The notes under the pieces are model-generated. The model did no database searches and was not told where the DNA came from. It saw only the letters and a list, made by a program, of their open reading frames with translations. DNA of 41,467 bases, from NCBI GenBank assembly GCA_030044325.1, contig JASHWA010000013.1:1-41467 (forward strand), in the 5' to 3' direction. Every line of letters starts with the position of its first letter. Positions within the stretch are counted from its first letter, which is position 1. Below are positions 35,972 through 41,467 of the stretch, one piece after another. The position numbers were made by a program, and so were the translations under genes. Source of the stretch: Bryobacteraceae bacterium (GTDB lineage Bacteria > Acidobacteriota > Terriglobia > Bryobacterales > Bryobacteraceae).

Positions 35972-38560
35972 TCACCTGATCGCGCCGGTCTTTACGTAAA
36001 TGACGTTGGATTCGGGCATATCGCGGCCTTGCAGCCAGAAGATGCGCGAGCCATCGCGACTCTCGGCGAAGGGGGAGCTTCTGGTCACCACTCCAGGAGC
36101 GAAGCGCAAGCCCGGGCCCGCACCCGAGAAGAGTACGCGAGTGGGGCCGAAGCGCAAATCTGCGCCGGCCTTCTCTACTGCGATCGACGTCACGCCCTGG
36201 GGGCCGAGGGAAAGAATCTCTTTGCCGTCGCCGCGCCAGACCGGGAACGACACATTAGTCGCGATCTGACGGCGCTCGCCGGTGGGTGAGACCGGCTGAG
36301 CGATCAGGTCGACGCCAAGAAGATAAAACATCCAACTGCCATCAGGCGAGAAGCTGGCATGAAAGGCGGCCTTGTCGCTCGACACCAGCGTTACGGGATT
36401 GTGCCGCGCATCGGGCCGCAGGTCGAGTAGGAGCACGGCTGGGTGGATGCGGGAATTGGTTTCCGGATTCGCGATCAGGGCGTTGGAGCCGTCGGACGAA
36501 ACGTCGCTCAGATAACCGGGGAGGGAAGGAACGGAAAGTTGCGCGATGGTCTGCGGCTCGCCGGAACCATCGCCCGGCATGGTCAGAATTTTCACATCGC
36601 CCGGTTTCCGGTCGAAGCCAATCAAGCGCAAGCCCCCGCCCGAGGAAATCCAGGAACTCCAGTCGGCCGACGGGGGCACATTGAACGCGGCCGGTTTACC
36701 CGGCTCGATGAGCGATTGCTCTCCTTCGCCACCAACCAGGACGCGCTGATCGTCGGGTGAGAGCTTGAGGGTGCTATAAAGGCCGCGAGGTCCTGCGGTA
36801 CCGATCACGTTTCCCTGCCGGTCGAAAACCGTGAGTTGCGCGGTCGCGGCGCCGCCCGGCCGCCACACCACCGTGCCGTTGCGCGTGACCGAAAAATCCG
36901 CGGTTCCGTTGTCCGCGCCGGCAAATGAGGCGACGTCTGAGGCGACCAGAGCGGATTCGCCCACCAGCTTTTTTTGCCGCAGGTCGAGTTGCTGGGAATA
37001 GAGATTGTCGTCACGGATGAACAGCAGGCGTCCGCCGCCGGCCGGTGTGTAATGCGCCTCCGTGGTACCGCGAAGGAGCAGGACGGGATTCACAGCGGCT
37101 CCGTTGCGATACGACGCCAGATAGATTCCACCGATTCCCGTCGAGGAAGGACCGGGGTTCAGCAGGAAGATAAAATCGTCGCTTGCGGGAAGGAACTCGG
37201 GGTAAAGCACCCCGCCAGGGGGGAGACCCGAGACCTTTTTCCATTCGCCGCCCGAAGCCGGGACGCTACTCAAGCCGTGGAGGCCACCGGAAAATAAGAT
37301 CGTTCCGCTCTGGCTCCAGGTGCCGCCGCGCGACGGTCCGTTGACCGGTGCGATCTGCACCGGCGCGCCGTCCGGCAATCGAACCTTGATCAGGCTGGAG
37401 AGGGTCCTGTCGGGAAAAACCACGGTGCTCGAATCGGGCGACCAGAAGGACTCACCGAAAGGGGCCGTGGAACCGGGAACCGGTTGGAAATCGGGGGAAT
37501 CGAGGCGCCGGAAGTAGAGCCCCTTGGCGGCCCTGACCACCACTGCCGAGCCATCGGGCGCGATCAGCGCCTCGGATGCGATAATGGCCGGCCGGACGAT
37601 CGGCAAGTCGGGCGGAAGAGTGATGGTAAAGAACAAACTGGGGATCCGGGCGGAAGGGACCGGCCGCAGCCAGGCTGTGATGGCCGCGACGGCGAGCGCG
37701 GCCGCAACCACACCGGCTCCGACAAGCGGCCATTTGGGGGAACGGACGGGGAGCGCGTCGGGCGGCGATTCTTCCAGCAGGAGCCAGGCATCGCCGATAT
37801 CGCGGAGGCGCTTCTCGGGATTTTTTTCGAGACAACTCGCCAGCAATCGGCGCACTTGGCGCGGCACGCGGCCGAGATCGGGAGTGTCCTTGACGACGCC
37901 GGCAAGAATTTCAGTGACGTCGCTGCCTTGAAATAATTGCCGGCCCGTGAGCAGTTCGAACAGCACCACTCCGAACGCCCAGATATCGCCGCGCTTATCG
38001 ACGGCCTTGCCGCGCGCCTGTTCCGGCGCCATGTAAGCGGCGGTGCCGACAATGGCGCCCGCCCGGGTCATGCCCATCGTGAACGTGGGCGAGTCGGCGG
38101 CGCTCGACCCTGCAGCGGCGGCTTGCGGACTCGTCTGGGCGAGCCCGAAATCCAGAACCTTGACGGCGCCGCTCGCGGTGACCTTGATATTGGCGGGCTT
38201 GAGATCGCGATGGATGATCCCTCTCTCGTGTGCGGACTGAAGCGCCGCGGCGATTTGGCGGGTGATGGCGAGCGCTTCTTCAAGCGGCATCGGCCCGCGA
38301 GGCGTGACGCCGTCGATCAGCTCCATGACGAAATAGTTCGGGCCAATGTCATAGAGCTGACAGATATTGGGATGATTCAACGCCGCCACGGCGCGGGCTT
38401 CGCGTTCCGAGCGTTCGGAAAACTGCTCGAAGGAGACTTTGAGGGCGACGTCGCGATTGAGGCGGGGATCGCGCGCGCGGTAGACCTCGCCCATTCCACC
38501 CGCGCCGATCGGACCAAGGATCTCGTACGGCCCGAGTTTGTCGCCTGCCGAGAGGGGCAT
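35972..38560 (-). CDS. Ser/Thr protein kinase with one TM segment and a C-terminal TolB-like (PD40/WD40-like) beta-propeller
   Basis: Kinase motifs are GAGGMGEVYRARD, VALKV, HRDLKPANIK, DFGLAQ and AAYMAPEQ. The TM segment is LVGAGVVAAALAVAAITAWL. Repeated FWSPDSSTVVF, SFSPDGSWMFYL and ESRDGSRIFWL motifs follow. Confidence 0.9.
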   Translation of the reverse strand: MPLSAGDKLGPYEILGPIGAGGMGEVYRARDPRLNRDVALKVSFEQFSERSEREARAVAALNHPNICQLYDIGPNYFVMELIDGVTPRGPMPLEEALAITRQIAAALQSAHERGIIHRDLKPANIKVTASGAVKVLDFGLAQTSPQAAAAGSSAADSPTFTMGMTRAGAIVGTAAYMAPEQARGKAVDKRGDIWAFGVVLFELLTGRQLFQGSDVTEILAGVVKDTPDLGRVPRQVRRLLASCLEKNPEKRLRDIGDAWLLLEESPPDALPVRSPKWPLVGAGVVAAALAVAAITAWLRPVPSARIPSLFFTITLPPDLPIVRPAIIASEALIAPDGSAVVVRAAKGLYFRRLDSPDFQPVPGSTAPFGESFWSPDSSTVVFPDRTLSSLIKVRLPDGAPVQIAPVNGPSRGGTWSQSGTILFSGGLHGLSSVPASGGEWKKVSGLPPGGVLYPEFLPASDDFIFLLNPGPSSTGIGGIYLASYRNGAAVNPVLLLRGTTEAHYTPAGGGRLLFIRDDNLYSQQLDLRQKKLVGESALVASDVASFAGADNGTADFSVTRNGTVVWRPGGAATAQLTVFDRQGNVIGTAGPRGLYSTLKLSPDDQRVLVGGEGEQSLIEPGKPAAFNVPPSADWSSWISSGGGLRLIGFDRKPGDVKILTMPGDGSGEPQTIAQLSVPSLPGYLSDVSSDGSNALIANPETNSRIHPAVLLLDLRPDARHNPVTLVSSDKAAFHASFSPDGSWMFYLLGVDLIAQPVSPTGERRQIATNVSFPVWRGDGKEILSLGPQGVTSIAVEKAGADLRFGPTRVLFSGAGPGLRFAPGVVTRSSPFAESRDGSRIFWLQGRDMPESNVIYVKTGAIR

Positions 38561-38580
38561 GGAGATGGTGTGATTTTATC

Positions 38581-38945
38581 CTAATCGGCGAGGAGATGAA
38601 CCAGAAACCATCCGCGAAATTCGAGCGCGCGAGTTGGAGTGACGTGCGCGTCATGGGCCCGATCGCGCGCCACGACCTTCCATTTTCCGTTCTCCTGTTT
38701 TTCCAGACGCACACGTACTTGTCACGCGGGTAGTTGGGTCCCATCCTTTTCGACGGTCTTCAGGACAAATTTTCCTCAAAGACCAGAATCGCGTTATGCG
38801 CTCCATGCGCTCGACCCCGATTTCGGCGCAATCCGACCGGGAAAGCCGGGCTCCAATATTAACGTCACATGGTTCGAGTAAGGACGCCAAGTGGGTGAAT
38901 TCACGCAATTCTGTGCCTGCTTGCGTGCGTTCTCACCCCGCATCG
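38581..38945 (-). pseudogene. DUF4440 / SnoaL-like protein remnant with frameshifts and an in-frame stop
   Basis: My own reverse-strand translation across frames gives ...DSGL*GKFVLKTVEKDGT / GPNYPRDKYVCVWK / KQENGKWKVVARD...LLAD*. The YV.VWKKq.nGkWKvv tail is characteristic. One shift falls in an A-run (TGGAAAAAC). Confidence 0.45.
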
Positions 38946-39024
38946 CGCCTCCGGTTAGGTCATGTGTCTTTGATTCGAAGGTCACGCGATTGGCCTTTGA
39001 CGTGTCCATGCCCTCGATATTTTC

Positions 39025-39873
39025 GTGATCCGGCGCATTCTGTTCCCGATCGACTTCTCCGTTCCCTGCGACGCAGTCGCGCCGTTTGCCGAAGCCATGG
39101 CCCGCCGCTTTCACGCAGAGTTGATTATTTTGCGTGTGGCACCAATGTCCGGGCTTGCATGGTTCGATCCGTCCAGCGAACCGGCCCTCATCGATCCCGA
39201 AGAGCTCAAGCCGGACCTTGAGCCGCGCTTAGATGACGCCTTCCGGAAGGAGTTTGCGAACCTGCAGGTCCGGCGAGTAATGGAACTGGGTGAGGCGGCC
39301 GAGGCCATCGCCCGCTTCGCCGAGACGCAGGGTGTGGATCTGATCATGATGCCGACGCGCGGAGATGGGCCGCCTCGCCGGCTGTTGATCGGATCGGTAA
39401 CAGCCAAGGTCCTTCATGACGCACAGTGTCCGGTCTGGACTTGTGTCCATACCGATTCGCAGGCGCAGCAAGGAGCTCACACGCAAACGGTACTCTGCGC
39501 GATCGACAAGACACCCCAGAGCACGCCGGTCATGCAGTGGGCGGCGGATTTTACCGACCAGCTGGGAGGAATACTGAAGCTCGTTCACGTCATCCCCGAC
39601 ACAGACGATTGGTCGCCGAGCCCGAACGAACTGACAGCCTTGCGCAACGAGAGACGCCGGAGGATTGAGAGTTCGCAGAGGCAGGCGGGCGTGAGCGCAC
39701 CATCAGCGATCGTCGTCGGCAAAGTCGGCCCGGAAGTCTGCGGCCAGGCGAAAGCAGTCAAGTCGGATTACATCGTTGTTGGTCGCGGCAGACTTCACGA
39801 CACGCCCGGCCGCTTTGGGACGCATGCGTACGATATCATTCGCCACGCACCATGTCCGGTAATCAGCGTATGA
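39025..39873 (+). CDS. Universal stress protein, tandem USP domains
   Basis: GTG start. The sequence reads IRRILFPIDFSVPCDAVAPFAEAMARRFHAELIILRV...DLIMMPTRG...LIGSVTAKVLHDAQCPVW, with a second domain TVLCAIDKTP...LKLVHVIP...DYIVVGRG...GTHAYDIIRHAPCPVISV. Confidence 0.85.
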   Translation: MIRRILFPIDFSVPCDAVAPFAEAMARRFHAELIILRVAPMSGLAWFDPSSEPALIDPEELKPDLEPRLDDAFRKEFANLQVRRVMELGEAAEAIARFAETQGVDLIMMPTRGDGPPRRLLIGSVTAKVLHDAQCPVWTCVHTDSQAQQGAHTQTVLCAIDKTPQSTPVMQWAADFTDQLGGILKLVHVIPDTDDWSPSPNELTALRNERRRRIESSQRQAGVSAPSAIVVGKVGPEVCGQAKAVKSDYIVVGRGRLHDTPGRFGTHAYDIIRHAPCPVISV

Positions 39874-39928
39874 TTGGCGCATCGTGCGCATTGAACATCT
39901 CTCGGTGAGGATGTTATGTTCGATGCAG

Positions 39929-40342
39929 ATGCCAACCGACCAGATCGTAGCTTTGCTCATTGCCGAACGTGATCGCCTTACAGAAGCGATCGAGGCCCTT
40001 CGGGGGACAGCACGCCGCGGTCGTCCACGGGTGACTGCCTCGACGAAGCGTGCCGCGGCCACCGCGCCAGTCACGAAGAAACGCACGAGGAGCGCCGCCG
40101 GGTCGTAAGAGGATCGCGGAGGTGACGCGCCGTCGGTGGGCTTCCATCATGGCGGCGAAGGCAGCTCCGAAAACGGCTCCTGAGTCCACCAGCGCGGGTG
40201 CGAATGGTCCCGCCGCAAAACCCGCTGCCAGAAACGCCGCATCAGTGCTGCTGCTCGAAAGGCCATGGGAGACGCGACACGGCGGACGTGGGCGGCGGCC
40301 AAAGAGGCGAACGCTGCACTGGCGGCAAGAAGGGCGCAGTGA
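39929..40342 (+). pseudogene. Full-length copy C of the small basic gene family with two frame changes (40100-40108 and about 40225)
   Basis: MPTDQIVALLIAERDRLTEAIEALRG...KKRTRSAAGS* then in the +1 frame GRKRIAEVTRRRWASIMAAKAAPKTAP...AAKPAA, then another shift to QKRRISAAARKAMGDATRRTWAAAKEANAALAARRAQ*. Confidence 0.55.
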
Positions 40343-40384
40343 GCAAACCAGCGTAGCCGTTCTGGTGCGTGCCGGCAAACTCTC

Positions 40385-40721
40385 AGCCCTCTCGCTGCGC
40401 TGAACACGTTATAGCCTTCAGGATCGTGCAGTACGGCCCAAGCGGCCTCTGCCTGGACGAACCGCTCGCGTCCGATCGCGTCGACAATTGCCCCGAGATC
40501 CGCAACTTCGAAGAACAATACCGCCTTATCACGGGAAGGGTATGATTCAGATCCCTTCCGCTCTAAACAGAGGAAGCCCGCTTCACTGTCGAATCTTGTG
40601 TAGCGCCCGGTTCCTCGTCGGTCACTTTAAGACCGAGGATGTTTTGGTAGAACTCCTTTGCCGCGTCGAGATTTTCGAAGTAGACTTCGACGCCGGCCAA
40701 CCATAACGGAGATTCGTTCAT
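40385..40721 (-). pseudogene. VOC / glyoxalase-family protein gene with a 1-nt frameshift at a G-run and no stop codon of its own
   Basis: MNESPLWLAGVEVYFENLDAAKEFYQNILGLKVTDEEPG, then a frame change (GAACCGGGCGCT) to RYTRFDSEAGFLCLERKGSESYPSRDKAVLFFEVADLGAIVDAIGRERFVQAEAAWAVLHDPEGYNVF. The frame then runs on into repeat copy C until 40147. Confidence 0.6.
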
Positions 40722-40739
40722 GTGATCATTATCACGGCA

Positions 40740-41060
40740 TCAGAACAATTCATGCGATCCCCGGTCGGCACGCTTTTCGAACAGCTCCCGCCGCCCCTCG
40801 TATTGGCTGTACGCCGGGTTGCGAATCTTGAACCAGTCGACGCCGTACGCGGCATTCTTTCGCTTGGCGACAATGCCTTCCAGGTCGTTGTCGCAGACCA
40901 GCCGAAACAGAGCGGAACCGTCGCGATCGAAATGCCGGGCCAGCAGGATGCGTGGACGGTCGCCGACGATGCGCTACAGGATTTCCTTCCACTTCGTTAG
41001 CTGTAGCGGAGATCGCTCAGCCATCCGGCGAAACAAGATTGCGGCTCCGCAATCGAGCGT
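40740..41060 (-). pseudogene. ATP-dependent DNA ligase remnant B (C-terminal part) with an in-frame TAG and upstream frameshifts
   Basis: My own reverse-strand translation reads PLQLTKWKEIL*RIVGDRPRILLARHFDRDGSALFRLVCDNDLEGIVAKRKNAAYGVDWFKIRNPAYSQYEGRRELFEKRADRGSHELF*. It is clearly paralogous to remnant A at 14453..14893. Confidence 0.65.
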
Positions 41061-41130
41061 GATAAGCTCTGGTAATTTCGCCGTGAATCACGAGAAATGC
41101 GAGCCGAACTCGTTCGCTCCCTGTCCCGGT

Positions 41131-41467
41131 GTGAGGAATTTCGCGCTGTGGTTTGCGCTCCTCTGCCTCGGTGCGGCGGCTGCCGGACAGACCGTTTTCT
41201 CGGGTTCCTATTCGGAATCCGGCACTCGAACTGATTGTAGTTCCGGCAACCCGACCAACTGGACCGAAACCGGCACTTTCACAGTCACGCTCACGCCGGC
41301 ATTCAGTTCGCTCGGCGTAAGCGGCGGATCAGTGTCGGGTACACTCACTTATTCTGGCACGAACGTCGGATGCACCACGCAGATGGTTACTGGGCAAGGC
41401 ACGGCGACGGGTTCGGTTGGCGCGAGCGGTCAGGTTATGCTGACGCTGAGCGAAACGGCGACCGGAT
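41131..41467 (+). CDS. Secreted Thr/Ser/Gly-rich protein, N-terminal part (runs off the window end)
   Basis: Not in the ORF track. GTG at 41131 gives VRNFALWFALLCLGAAAAGQTVFSGSYSESGTRTDCSSGNPTNWTETGTFTVTLTP..., which has a signal-peptide-like start and is open to the window end. Confidence 0.5.
   Translation, partial: MRNFALWFALLCLGAAAAGQTVFSGSYSESGTRTDCSSGNPTNWTETGTFTVTLTPAFSSLGVSGGSVSGTLTYSGTNVGCTTQMVTGQGTATGSVGASGQVMLTLSETATG

Noticed and set aside
1-41467. Search for tRNA or rRNA genes and CRISPR arrays
   Set aside because: Scanning for T-loop-like GGTTCGA(A/T)TCC strings found only occurrences inside coding regions without cloverleaf context. No regularly spaced direct-repeat array was seen. 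A covariance-model scan would be needed to be certain.

Overview
A visibly GC-rich bacterial window. Gene content suggests an Acidobacteria / Solibacter-like host: many Hanks-type Ser/Thr kinases, ECF sigma factors of the TIGR02999 type, a Solibacter-type C-terminal domain protein and Acidobacteria-style TonB-dependent receptor remnants. This taxonomic call is inference only. The window has two parts. (1) Positions 1 to about 14456 look like an integrase-bounded mobile element. It carries a tyrosine integrase (truncated by the window edge), an excisionase-like HTH protein, a DUF2924-like protein, a SprT-like protein with a mutated HExxH motif and a P27-type small-terminase-like protein. It also carries a DnaB C-terminal-domain-only paralog, a full-length DnaB, a replication-organizer-like gene with an internal 21-bp iteron-like array, a small hypothetical gene, and one uninterrupted 1852-codon orphan ORF. 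I see no capsid, portal, tail, lysis or large-terminase genes, so it resembles a phage satellite or integrative replicon more than a prophage. (2) Positions 14.4 to 41.5 kb are a decaying accessory or host region. It holds four Ser/Thr kinases (two directly coupled to an upstream ECF sigma factor), a ricin-type lectin, an FAD/BBE-type oxidase, a YecA/SEC-C protein, two lipocalin-like secreted proteins, a tandem-USP protein and many pseudogene remnants (two ATP-dependent ligase remnants, TonB-dependent receptor pieces, a VOC/glyoxalase gene, a DUF4440-like gene). The most unusual structure here is a dispersed family of at least eight copies (three full-length, five partial) of a small Lys/Arg/Ala-rich gene or element. 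All copies are on the + strand, and most sit directly against the 3' ends of minus-strand genes. No tRNA, rRNA or CRISPR array was recognised. All domain calls come from motif recognition by eye; no database search was possible.
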